From assembly GCA_030740155.1 (NCBI GenBank), contig JASLXV010000050.1:1-54179 (forward strand): a DNA stretch of 54,179 nucleotides, read 5' to 3'. This document shows, piece after piece, positions 39,056 through 48,322 of the stretch (the first letter of the stretch is position 1; each line of letters opens with the position of its first letter). Below the pieces are notes generated by a model that was given only the letters and a program-made list of their open reading frames with translations, made no database searches and had not been told where the DNA came from. This DNA comes from Dehalococcoidia bacterium (GTDB lineage: Bacteria > Chloroflexota > Dehalococcoidia > Lucifugimonadales > UBA3495). Made by a program: the position numbers and the translations under genes.

Positions 39056-40513
39056 ATGAAAGCCGTTGCAAATATCCGGCGCCCAGCTCTCGCGCTGACT
39101 GCCATCGCCGTGACCTTGTTGCTGGCCGCCTGTGGCAGCGGTAACGGGGTCCCAGACCAGCAATCGTCAGGAGTAGACAACTCGCCGGACCGAGGCGCGA
39201 CCACAGCCGCTCCCGGAGTCCCGGCCATCGCGCCGGTTGCGGCGTTGCCTGGTCCGGAGGGAGCCTCCGCCTCATCGACTACCGCCGACCCGATAGGCGA
39301 GCCTGCCGCGGCGGATCAGTCCACTCCTGAGGGTTCGGGAGAAGACCGGCTGCCCGCCGAGTCACCGGCCCCGGCCCTCCGGGAGACCCCGGAGGCCGCT
39401 ACCAAGGACCCCGGTCAGGCAGCGAACCAAGCATCCAGTCCCGAGCCGACGCCCAAACCGACAGCCGGCATTGAAATAGGGGGGAAGGTCGGCGACCGGG
39501 CCCCGGAGTTTCAGGCTATTGCCAACTGGATCAACTCCAAGCCTTTGACCATGGAAAGCCTGCGAGGCAACGTCGTCCTCATCGACTTCTGGACCTACAC
39601 CTGCGTCAACTGCATCCGCACCTTGCCTTACCTGAAAGATTGGTACAGCAAGTACGCCGACGAGGGACTGGTCATCGTGGGCGTGCACTCGCCCGAGTTC
39701 GAGTTCGAGAAGCTGACCGAGAACGTGGTGAGCAGCGTAACCAGCTTCGAACTGGAGTATCTCATCGCTCAAGACAATGACTTCGGCACCTGGCGCGCTT
39801 ACGGCAACCGCTTCTGGCCCGCCAAGTATCCGGTGGACCAGGACGGCACCGTACGCTACGTCCACTTCGGGGAGGGCGCCTACGACGAGACCGAGGAGCG
39901 TATCCGGACCCTGCTGGAGGAAGCGGGCGTCGACCTTACAGGCGTGGCTGTCAACGACACTCCACCACCCGAGACCGATCCTCGGGCCTTGGCCAGAGAC
40001 CGGGCAACCGGGACCACCCGGGAGATATACGGTGGCTACCTGAGGAACGCTTCCTCGCAAGGCATCTACGTCGCCGACCCCGTCTACTATGACGAACCGG
40101 AGCGGGTTTTCGAGTACCACGATACCGGCGTGCACCAGAACCAGTTCATCTACCTACAGGGTCTCTGGTTCAATGGGCTCGAGGAACTGCGCCACGCCCG
40201 CCAGACCGAGGACTACGAAGACCACATCGCCCTCAAGTTCTTCGCCACCAGCGTTAATACCGTCATCAGCTTCGAGGGCGAGGAGCCCTTCGACGTCAAC
40301 GTGACCATCGATGGCCGCCCTCTTCTGCCCGGGGAAGCAGGCACCGACATGATGATCAGCGAAGGACGCAGCTTCTTCGCCGTGGACCAGGCGCGCCTTT
40401 ACGAGGTGGTGGCGCTGCTCGAATTTGGCGGCCATGAGCTGACGCTAAGCTCTAACTCCCCCGACTTCGCCTTTTTCGCATTTACCTTCAGAGCCTACAC
40501 GGAGGGACTGTAA
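39056..40513 (+). CDS. DipZ-like redoxin lipoprotein (thioredoxin domain plus C-terminal beta domain)
   Basis: Lipobox LAAC, Pro/Ala-rich linker, DFWTYTCVNC, GVHSPEFEFEK, HFGEGAY. Confidence 0.85.
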   Translation: MKAVANIRRPALALTAIAVTLLLAACGSGNGVPDQQSSGVDNSPDRGATTAAPGVPAIAPVAALPGPEGASASSTTADPIGEPAAADQSTPEGSGEDRLPAESPAPALRETPEAATKDPGQAANQASSPEPTPKPTAGIEIGGKVGDRAPEFQAIANWINSKPLTMESLRGNVVLIDFWTYTCVNCIRTLPYLKDWYSKYADEGLVIVGVHSPEFEFEKLTENVVSSVTSFELEYLIAQDNDFGTWRAYGNRFWPAKYPVDQDGTVRYVHFGEGAYDETEERIRTLLEEAGVDLTGVAVNDTPPPETDPRALARDRATGTTREIYGGYLRNASSQGIYVADPVYYDEPERVFEYHDTGVHQNQFIYLQGLWFNGLEELRHARQTEDYEDHIALKFFATSVNTVISFEGEEPFDVNVTIDGRPLLPGEAGTDMMISEGRSFFAVDQARLYEVVALLEFGGHELTLSSNSPDFAFFAFTFRAYTEGL

Positions 40514-40518
40514 ACGAC

Positions 40519-41457
40519 GTGCAATCCAGGTTAATTCGTCTGACAACCCGCCGGCTCCTGCCGGCTCTGGCCGCCCTCGTTGCGTTGGCCGCGGTGGCCT
40601 GCAGCAGCGCGGCCTCGACCGCACCGGCGCCGACGCCCGTGCCTCCGGGTCCGGCCAGCGGAGAGATCAAACCGATCCTGGCCACCACAGTGTTGCGGGT
40701 GGGCACCCAGCGGGTCGCCTTCCTTCTGGCCTCCACCGAGGCTCTCATCAAGGCGCCTGAGGCCACCGTGACCTCGGTGTTCCTGGGGAACGGTGAAGGG
40801 GAGGGCGAGCGCAAGCAGGCGGCCTTTCACCTTTGGCCCTACGAGGTTCGCGGCGCCTACAGCACCCCGCTTACCTTCGACCGGCCCGGCCCCTGGCGCC
40901 TCGACATCACGGTGGAAGATGGGGCCGGCCCCGTCGCGACCCAACTGGCCATAGAGGTTGCCGAGAAAACAGGCATCCCCGAGATCGGCGCAATCCCGCC
41001 TTTGAGCCCAAATAAGACGCTCTACACCGTGGAACGCCTGGAAGAGCTGACCACCGACTACACTCCGGACCCGGACCTGTACCAACTCACCATCGCCGAA
41101 GCACTGATCACGGGCCGCCCCACCGTCATCGTATTCGCCACGCCGGCCTTCTGCACCAGCCCCACCTGCGGGCCCTAGGTCGATGCGGTCACCGAGCTGA
41201 AGGAGAGGCACCGGGACCGGGCCAATTTCATCCACGTGGAGATCTACGACAACCCGGACGAGATCCAGGGGGACCTCGACAAAGGGAGGTTCTCCAACCT
41301 GGTCCACGAATGGGGCCTCAGCGGGATTCCCCGCTGGTTCAACGAGTCGTGGACCTTCTTGCTGGGCACGGACGGCCGCATCTCCCAGCGCTTCGAGGGT
41401 TTTGCCACTGTGGACTAGATGGAGGAAGCCCTCGAGGCGGCCCTCCCCCCGGCCTAA
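40519..41457 (+). pseudogene. Thioredoxin-fold lipoprotein interrupted by two in-frame TAG codons
   Basis: Lipobox AVAC and FCTSPTCGP, then TAG 41176-78. The frame continues VDAVTELK...FIHVEIY...RFEGFATVD, then TAG 41416-18, then MEEALEAALPPA to TAA 41457. Confidence 0.75.
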
Positions 41458-41901
41458 CCACCGTAGGCCCGTCCTCGGACCAGGGCTGACGGCCCGATCC
41501 GCCCAACGTTGGCCTGTGCCCTGCCTCGCCGGGGTCCCCAACCTCGCCAGCATCCCACCGGCCAGGCGTTCCGGCGCGGACTGGCGCCCCTGAGGCGACT
41601 CAAGAACCCTCCATTACCTCCGTCTGGCCACGGAGCAGCCCCAGAGCAGAGCAGGTCCGAGGCGCGCTCGCCGGTGTGAGTGACTGTTGCTTCAAGCCAC
41701 CCGCGTGGCTTGGATGCCTCGAACCCCGAAACAGCCCGGCCGGGCCACCACGGGCACGCTTATGGATTCTGATTGCCCACATCTTGAAACTAGGGTCAAT
41801 CTCGACCTGACTGAGACACCGGTCGAGGGGATCAACAGCCACACTGAACGCAAGAAGGGGATACCGCTAAGGAAACTTGAGATTCGCATATTGGGGGAAG
41901 C

Positions 41902-42292
41902 ATGCCTATCCTGAGCACCAAGAACATTCTCGTTGTTGATGATGAAGCCAGCGCTTTGGAAATGGCGTGGATTAGCCTTGAGCAGATGGGTGGCTGGGAG
42001 GTGCTATTGGCGGCTACGGCCACCGACGGCCTGGCTATCCGCCCGAACCAGTCAACCGGACGCTATCCTCGTTGAGTTGAAGATGCGCCACGACGACGGC
42101 CCCGAAATTCTTCGAAATCTTCTGGCTGAGGAAACAACGAGGAATAGCCCCGTGATCTTGCTCTTGGAACGATTCGCACCCCGGGTGAGGAGAAACTTCG
42201 ATGAACCGGGGGTGGTGGGCCTGATCTGGAAGCCATTCCACGCAATGGACCTGCCCCGCCAGGTCGCGATGCTGCTGGGTTGGCGACCGTGA
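41902..42292 (+). pseudogene. Frameshifted single-domain response regulator (receiver)
   Basis: The frame from ATG 41902 gives KNILVVDDE...WEVLLAA...DGLAI. After one extra C (~42040) the +1 frame gives ARTSQPDAILVE...PVILL...KPF. Confidence 0.75.
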
Positions 42293-42846
42293 TCCTCCAC
42301 TGACCTGCGGGCCGAGTGGGGCTGCCTGCACCCCGGCCTCACTATTGAAGACTGCCAGAAAACTTGACCGCGGCATGCGGTCTCACCACTGCAGCTCAAC
42401 GCTTTGCAGAATGCCGGCCGCCGGCTCCCTATGCCCTCGGCTCCTGTGACGGCCTTCGTCACTCCGCCGTTCTCGACTAGCTGAGCGCTGGTCAACTCCC
42501 TGGGCCGGCAAGGCCTCGCTCCTTTCCGCGCCTACCTCCTTCCTCCTGGCGCACCTTGGCGCTCGTGAGGCTCCCTGCTAGCATATCCAGCAGTGGCCCG
42601 ATTGGAGATCCCTCCCCCGCAATCCGGAGAATGGGCGCGAGAGCCTTTGCGGCTGGAGGGCGAGGCCGCCGGCCGAATGTAGCATTATGTCCGGATTTGG
42701 GTTTTTCCAAAAAATGGTCAAATTTGGTTCAAAGCCGAAACCTGTTGATCGCGAAGAGAAGCCTACAATAGTGATGAGCAAAAGGTTTTCATGCCAGGCG
42801 TTGTCTTGCGAGAGAACCTAAATCACACGCACAGAAGGAGAAAGGC

Positions 42847-44103
42847 ATGAAGCTCGTCGTCGTAGGCGCCGGCCAGGGTGGATCGAACATCGCCGATGAG
42901 TTTGTTGCGATGGGGAAGTGGGTGTGGAAGAACAGGCGCATCCGAATCTTCACCGGGAATGAGGGTGACCCGATCTGCCGTGGGGTATTCGCGGTAAATC
43001 TCGGGGCGGGGGACCTGTACGGACTTCACCATATCCCCCTCACTGATGACCACGCAATCTTGTTGGGGACCACTGATGAGTTCCGGGGACGTGGGGCGGG
43101 CAAGGTCAATGCTGACGGGGCGGAACAGGCCCGGCGGGACGGAAGAAAAATAGTGTCGACCATACGGGATAACGGCGATGTCCCCACCGCCGACGCGATA
43201 ATGGTGATCGCCACCACCGCTGGAGGTACCGGTTCCGGCTCGGTGGGTGTCATCGTGGACCTTCTCAAAGACGCGTTCAAGAAGCCCGTTTACGCCATGC
43301 TGATCCTCCCATTCGCTAATCAGTATGACGACCCCGATAGCCTGGTGAATACCGCCACATGCCTGAAGAAGGTACTCGACAACTCTCAGGCCGACGCCGT
43401 GTTTCTGATTGACAATCAGAAGTTTGTCCGAGGCAGCGAGACCATGAGCCACAACTATGCCCAGATCAACCGGCGGATCGCTGACTCTTTCATGGATATC
43501 TTGTGCGTGGGCGAGGAAACTGAACGCCGGTTTGTTGGCGAGGTCCTCGACGCCAACGACGTCATACGGATCCTCAACGGTCCCACGGCCCTGGGCGTGA
43601 GCCAGACGCGGGTGCCCAAGAAATCCTCTTCCCTACTTAATCGGTTCAAGCGGGATGGCTCGAACAGCAAACACTTCGCCACCTCCAAAGCGCAGATCGA
43701 GAGGGCCCAGAGCGTATTGAACCGGGCACTGGGTGAGCTATCCATCGACTGCGAGTTTTCGAACAGCGGGGACGCGACCTACGATGCCCAGCACGTTCTC
43801 GGCCTCTTCTCCGGGCCTTCCCAAGAAGCCACCGAAGAGATAGTCGAGATGATGGACAACTGTCTCTCGGAGCGAGTACCGGGGGCTGGGCGCCGGAAGG
43901 GGACCTATCCGGGAAGGACCTCGGACACGATCAGCATCACGGTAATCGTATCCAACCTCGGCCGCGGCGCCGCTATGGACCGGATACATTTTTTCTACAC
44001 TGAAGCCACGAAGATGATGGAGGCGGTCCAGAAAAAGAAGCAAGGTAGAGAAAAACGTTGGGAAGAGGCCGCGAAGTCGGCGGCTCTCCTGCCCAGCCTC
44101 TAG
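42847..44103 (+). CDS. Tubulin/FtsZ-superfamily GTPase, CetZ-like (not canonical FtsZ)
   Basis: T1 GAGQGGSNIAD, AVN, T3 GRGAG, T4 AGGTGSG, LPF, IDN, T7 LDAND. No FtsZ C-terminal core peptide. AAGGAG RBS. Confidence 0.88.
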   Translation: MKLVVVGAGQGGSNIADEFVAMGKWVWKNRRIRIFTGNEGDPICRGVFAVNLGAGDLYGLHHIPLTDDHAILLGTTDEFRGRGAGKVNADGAEQARRDGRKIVSTIRDNGDVPTADAIMVIATTAGGTGSGSVGVIVDLLKDAFKKPVYAMLILPFANQYDDPDSLVNTATCLKKVLDNSQADAVFLIDNQKFVRGSETMSHNYAQINRRIADSFMDILCVGEETERRFVGEVLDANDVIRILNGPTALGVSQTRVPKKSSSLLNRFKRDGSNSKHFATSKAQIERAQSVLNRALGELSIDCEFSNSGDATYDAQHVLGLFSGPSQEATEEIVEMMDNCLSERVPGAGRRKGTYPGRTSDTISITVIVSNLGRGAAMDRIHFFYTEATKMMEAVQKKKQGREKRWEEAAKSAALLPSL

Positions 44104-44166
44104 CTCTTCCCTTTCGGTGTCGAGTCGCGGCTCGAAGCAAAGACCGAATCATAACGGGGGCTGAAG

Positions 44167-45090
44167 ATGAGATCTTCGAGGGCGCCGGAAGGGCGCGGCA
44201 CGAACACACGAATCCTGTTCTTCGCAGCAGCAATGGTCGCAATTATTGTGGGTGTTGTTTTCACCTATTTTTCATTTGGTCCCGGTTCCCTTTCGGCAAA
44301 AGATGACCAGTCCACCCAGCCGCTGGAAGCGGCCCAGGCCTCTCCATTGCCGGATGAAGGGGCACTAGCGCCAGAGCCAACTCCCACGGCACAACCTACG
44401 GCGACCCCCCAAGCAGCTCCCACCGCCACTCCAATCCCTACCTCAACGCCAAGGCCAACGTTGGCTCCCACCCGCGTGCCTCCTACCCCTACCCCTCAGC
44501 CCACGGTGGGACCTACTGCGGAGCCGGAATCGGCCACCATTCCCAGGGTTTTGCCTGACGCGGACTTCGGAGAGGTATTGGAAGAGGGCTTGGTTCAGAT
44601 AAAGTTGCCCACCGGCGACCCGTTGGACACCTGGTATTCCTTCCAAGTTGATACCGAATCCCAGGACATCACCGTGTTCTTCGCCCTGTATGACATCGCG
44701 TCGAATGCCCTGGCCAGCACGGTAAAGATCGACGATTACTCCAAGGGCATCCCCTTGGATAACGCCGAAGTCACCCTCTATTATCCCGACGGGTCCGACC
44801 GCATTCTCTTCTTCGACGGGTCCGATGGAATCATATCCCTCATCCAGCAATACCGGTTGCCCTACGGGCCGAGCATGTTCACCTCCGGCCTGCGCCGGGC
44901 GCTCGTCTACTATGGAATGAAGCTCCAGGACGAGGCCGGCGAAGTGGATGTGGAACTCCATCTTGATCTCAGCGGGTTGTCGCAAAGCGAGGGCCTGGAA
45001 TTCAAGCTCGCAGTGCCGGGCACGGTCGAAGACGTGCTCCGCGAAATCAGGGGTCTGGTGGAGCAGATCGAAGAGGGCCGCGGGCGTTAA
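44167..45090 (+). CDS. Membrane-anchored protein with Pro/Thr linker and unknown C-terminal domain
   Basis: One N-terminal TM helix, (PT)n linker, acidic globular C-terminus. 63 nt downstream of the tubulin-like gene. Confidence 0.75.
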   Translation: MRSSRAPEGRGTNTRILFFAAAMVAIIVGVVFTYFSFGPGSLSAKDDQSTQPLEAAQASPLPDEGALAPEPTPTAQPTATPQAAPTATPIPTSTPRPTLAPTRVPPTPTPQPTVGPTAEPESATIPRVLPDADFGEVLEEGLVQIKLPTGDPLDTWYSFQVDTESQDITVFFALYDIASNALASTVKIDDYSKGIPLDNAEVTLYYPDGSDRILFFDGSDGIISLIQQYRLPYGPSMFTSGLRRALVYYGMKLQDEAGEVDVELHLDLSGLSQSEGLEFKLAVPGTVEDVLREIRGLVEQIEEGRGR

Positions 45091-45113
45091 CAGCAGCTTT
45101 CTTTCCCTTCACC

Positions 45114-45147
45114 ACGAAGACGTCGCGCTAGGGCGCGGCGTCTTCGT
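45114..45147. terminator. Hairpin between convergent genes
   Basis: ACGAAGACGTCGCGC-TAGG-GCGCGGCGTCTTCGT, 15-bp stem with one G-U pair. Confidence 0.6.
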
Positions 45148-45260
45148 TCTCCCAACCTTTGCGTAGGGCTTTGGAAGGGTGGTCCCCTGGGCGTCCAGTT
45201 TCGAGATAGCCGGTTGGTATAAGAGAGAGGCGCCCGAGGCCGAGACCTGAAAGGATCGGA

Positions 45261-45815
45261 CTAGCCTGTGAAGCTATTTCGCATCCGGTAGAGGGTCAGT
45301 TCGGGCTCGATGGGGGCCACGGGCATGTACTCCGCCTCCTGAATCTTGGCCACGATGAGCCACGGCCCGTCTTCATCGAGAGCGGTGCGAAATATCGATT
45401 CCAACTCCTCCAGGTTGTCAACCATGGCGGTGCGCCGTATGCCGCAGCTTTGGGCCACCTGAGCCAGATCGGTTCCCTGGGCCGTGTGGCTGGCTTGGTG
45501 GCCCGTCTGGCCCCACTGCTCGTTGTCCCACACCACCACAACTAGGTTCTTGGGCGCCTCCCGCCCGATGGTCGCGATGCCGCCCAGATTCATCAGCAGC
45601 GACCCGTCACCGTCCAGCGATATGATTCGCTCGGTGGTGGATAGCGCCATGCCCAGGGCAATGGAGGAGCACAAGCCCATGCTGCCGTAGGTGTAGAAGT
45701 TGCGGTCCCGGTGGCCGGCGTGCCTCAACTCGTCGGAGGTCGGCCCCAGATTGCCGACGATGGGGCTGTTTCCGGCATGCCGTAGAATCAGCTTGGTGGC
45801 CTCGAACCTAAGCAA
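45261..45815 (-). CDS. Sulfopyruvate/phosphonopyruvate decarboxylase-like TPP-binding (beta) subunit
   Basis: NFYTYGSMG, DGDGSLLMNLG...WDN TPP motif. Probable TTG start at 45815 (alternative ATG at 45827). Confidence 0.85.
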   Translation of the reverse strand: MLRFEATKLILRHAGNSPIVGNLGPTSDELRHAGHRDRNFYTYGSMGLCSSIALGMALSTTERIISLDGDGSLLMNLGGIATIGREAPKNLVVVVWDNEQWGQTGHQASHTAQGTDLAQVAQSCGIRRTAMVDNLEELESIFRTALDEDGPWLIVAKIQEAEYMPVAPIEPELTLYRMRNSFTG

Positions 45816-46314
45816 TCTTACCCCCATGGAGCAACTGAGTCATGCAGATGGCCACCGGCTGGCGGCCGGCGTGGCACAGCTTCAGAGCGCCGTCCATCAA
45901 TAGGTCCATCTTATGCTCGTCTTCTAGGGTGAAGTGGACCAGGCCCAACAGGTCCAGAATCGGCCGGGTGGTGCGGCCCATGGCCACCTGGGCGATATTG
46001 AATTCGCCGACGCCGCCTCGAAGGTTGATGAAGAGTGGAATGGGCGTCCGGCAGGGGATGCACAAGCTGGCTAGGGCGTTGACACAGTTGCCGAACCCGC
46101 TGGATTGCATGAACACTGCAGAGTTTCGCCCCACCGCATAGGCGCCGGCGGCGATGCCGATGGCCTCCTCTTCCCGGGTGGCCGATACCAGGTGAAAGAA
46201 CGGGTCGGCTTCGATCAAGCTGGTTACCTGATGAATGGAGATGTCCGGCACGTAGACGATCATGGAAGTGTTCCAGTCTTTCAACGCCTTCACAATGGTT
46301 TCAGCCCAGTTCAT
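45808..46314 (-). CDS. Sulfopyruvate decarboxylase (ComD)-like alpha subunit
   Basis: YVPD, TREEEAIGIAAG, MQSSGFGN, RG...EFNIAQ. Confidence 0.85.
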   Translation of the reverse strand: MNWAETIVKALKDWNTSMIVYVPDISIHQVTSLIEADPFFHLVSATREEEAIGIAAGAYAVGRNSAVFMQSSGFGNCVNALASLCIPCRTPIPLFINLRGGVGEFNIAQVAMGRTTRPILDLLGLVHFTLEDEHKMDLLMDGALKLCHAGRQPVAICMTQLLHGGKIA

Positions 46315-46672
46315 CGTTTAGATCCCACCTCCAGCCGAAGACAGACGCCTGGGAAGCCCACGCTTCCGCTTCGGGTCGTTTCCAAGGTTTCAGCGGGCCT
46401 CTGCGGGGTCGAGTGGCCGTTCGTCACCCTACGGGTCCGCCCCCCAAGTTCAATCGAAGTCACTTTGGGTCCGGTCCAAGCTCAGGGCCGGGCCGTCAAG
46501 CCACAGCAGGGGATGCAGAGCGGCATCGCCGAGGCAACAAACCCGCGCCTGATTGACCGGTTTTGCTGCGAGACGGCTAAACGATAGCAGCGCGGTCAAC
46601 GAATGTCAAAGGCTCCGGTCGAAGCGGCCGCAAGGCCGTTGGAAGATCGTTCCCGCGGCGCCGGCAGAGTGG

Positions 46673-46701
46673 TTGACTGTACCCGGAGGCGCTACTACAA
46701 T
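46673..46701 (+). promoter_or_regulatory. Sigma70-type promoter
   Basis: TTGACT-N17-TACAAT upstream of the DUF1847 gene. Confidence 0.55.
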
Positions 46702-46817
46702 GCCACTATTGCCAAGTAGCGCCCGGAGCGATCGCACTTCTTGATAACAAATAGAGTCCTGGCCTGCTGTCGCTCGCGTGGCGCTGTCCGGAGCGGCGGG
46801 CCCAGCCGAAAGCAGGA

Positions 46818-47966
46818 GTGGTCATGGTACAAAACATCGAGGCGGATTGCGCGACGTGTCCAGACTTTACCTGTCGCCTGGGGTTTCGCGACCTGGGCCC
46901 AGACAGTTGCCCCATGAAGGGTGATTTCCCCACGCCACAGGAGCTGTATGGGGACCGGGAGGACCTCCTCGCCACGGCGCGAAACGCTGCCATGATTGAG
47001 GGTGAGGGATACCGGAGGTGGACCCGGTCAAAAGAGATTATCGAACTGGCCCAGCGCCTAGGCGTATCCAAGGTGGGACTAGCCGCCTGCAAGACCATGA
47101 AACTGGAGCAGGACATCTACGCGGACTGGCTCGCCGACGCCGGGTTCGAGGTGCTGCGGGGCCGGGACGCCGTTGCCGACGGCCAGTGCGGACCTCGGGA
47201 GCAAGCTGCTTTCCTCAACTCCGCTGTTACGGGCCTCAACGTGGTGATGGGAATGTGCGTCGGGCATGACTCCCTGTTCATGCACACTTCCCGGGCCCTG
47301 GTCACACCGTTGGTCTCTCAGGACTCCTTCCTGCGCCACAACCCGGCGGCCGCCTTGCATACCTCCCGCACCTACTTCGACGGCCCCTTGCACCACGCCC
47401 ACAAGGAGGCCTACGCGTCCCCGATGGTCGAGCCGGGGACCTTGCAAGAGGCCGCCCGGGACCCCTCCGGCCCGGCGGCGGACCGTCTGGAAGAGCTGGC
47501 GACCCAGGTGGTCCAGGACGGTGACGGCAGGTGGTGCCGGGTGGAGGAACTGCTGGAATTCGCCGGCCGGGCCGGAGCAAAAACGCTTGGATTGGTTTTC
47601 TGCTCGGGCTTTCGTGAGGAAGCGAAGGTCCTCAACCGCCTGCTGGGGATCAACGGCTTCAAGACCCTTTCCATCCAGTGCAAAGCCGGCGCCGTGCCCA
47701 AGGAAGAGATGGGCATTCTCGATTCCCAGAAGGTGCGGCCCGGTAACAAAGAGATGATGTGCAATCCCTTGGCCCAGGCGGTGGTCATGAACCGGTCCGG
47801 CGCGGACCTCAACATCCTCTTGGGCCAGTGCGCGGGCCACGACGCCGGCACTATCGCCACCACCGAAGCCCTCGCCGTGTCCCTGGCGGTCAAAGACCGG
47901 GTCCTGGCCCACAACACCGTTGTGGAACTTTACCGGGGCGCCCTTCTGGATCGGGAATCGGCTTGA
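46818..47966 (+). CDS. Cys-rich putative metal-binding protein with two tandem DUF1847-like domains
   Basis: CATC...C...CP N-terminus. Two repeats of W[TC]R..E...A...G...GL..C, C[GN]P..QA, G.C.GHD, [QK]D..L.HN. Confidence 0.8.
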   Translation: MVMVQNIEADCATCPDFTCRLGFRDLGPDSCPMKGDFPTPQELYGDREDLLATARNAAMIEGEGYRRWTRSKEIIELAQRLGVSKVGLAACKTMKLEQDIYADWLADAGFEVLRGRDAVADGQCGPREQAAFLNSAVTGLNVVMGMCVGHDSLFMHTSRALVTPLVSQDSFLRHNPAAALHTSRTYFDGPLHHAHKEAYASPMVEPGTLQEAARDPSGPAADRLEELATQVVQDGDGRWCRVEELLEFAGRAGAKTLGLVFCSGFREEAKVLNRLLGINGFKTLSIQCKAGAVPKEEMGILDSQKVRPGNKEMMCNPLAQAVVMNRSGADLNILLGQCAGHDAGTIATTEALAVSLAVKDRVLAHNTVVELYRGALLDRESA

Positions 47967-48193
47967 TGCAGCACGCCGTTGTTCGTGCGCCGCGCTCGGA
48001 CGGTGCCGGTGGCGATCAAAAGAGCCATCGGCGCCCGGACCCTCCGAATCCTGGTCCGCCCGTCGCCACCCACAAGCTGGTTCGGTACTCTCCCCCCGCC
48101 CCCAACCTCTTACCTCAACCTCCAACCGAATTGGGGCGTAACCGACTTTCCAGGAACCCGCCCGCAGGCCGGCTCGCCAGGAGCGGGCGATTT

Positions 48194-48238
48194 CCGTTCG
48201 TGGTGAGCTTCCTGTTCGTGGCGAGCTTGTCGAACCAC
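48194..48238. repeat. Partial dispersed palindromic repeat (CCGTTCGTGGTGAGC family)
   Basis: CCGTTCGTGGTGAGC...GTTCGTGGCGAGCTTGTCGAACCAC matches the left arm of 53267-53329. Confidence 0.65.
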
Positions 48239-48322
48239 AGCGGCAGGGTCTCGATATGGCTCCGATTGAAGCGGGCGGCAGATGGCCGCTTGAAACCGAC
48301 ACCAGCAGTAGCGGGGTAGCCG

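Noticed and set aside
41176..41418. Genome-wide TAG reassignment or pyrrolysine
   Set aside because: TAG is the evident true stop of many intact genes here (moaD, moaE, clpC, guaB, hyuB), and no pyl genes are in the window.
42847..44103. Canonical cell-division ftsZ
   Set aside because: The T1 loop is GQGG, there is no C-terminal core peptide, and there are no dcw neighbours. The gene symbol is withheld.
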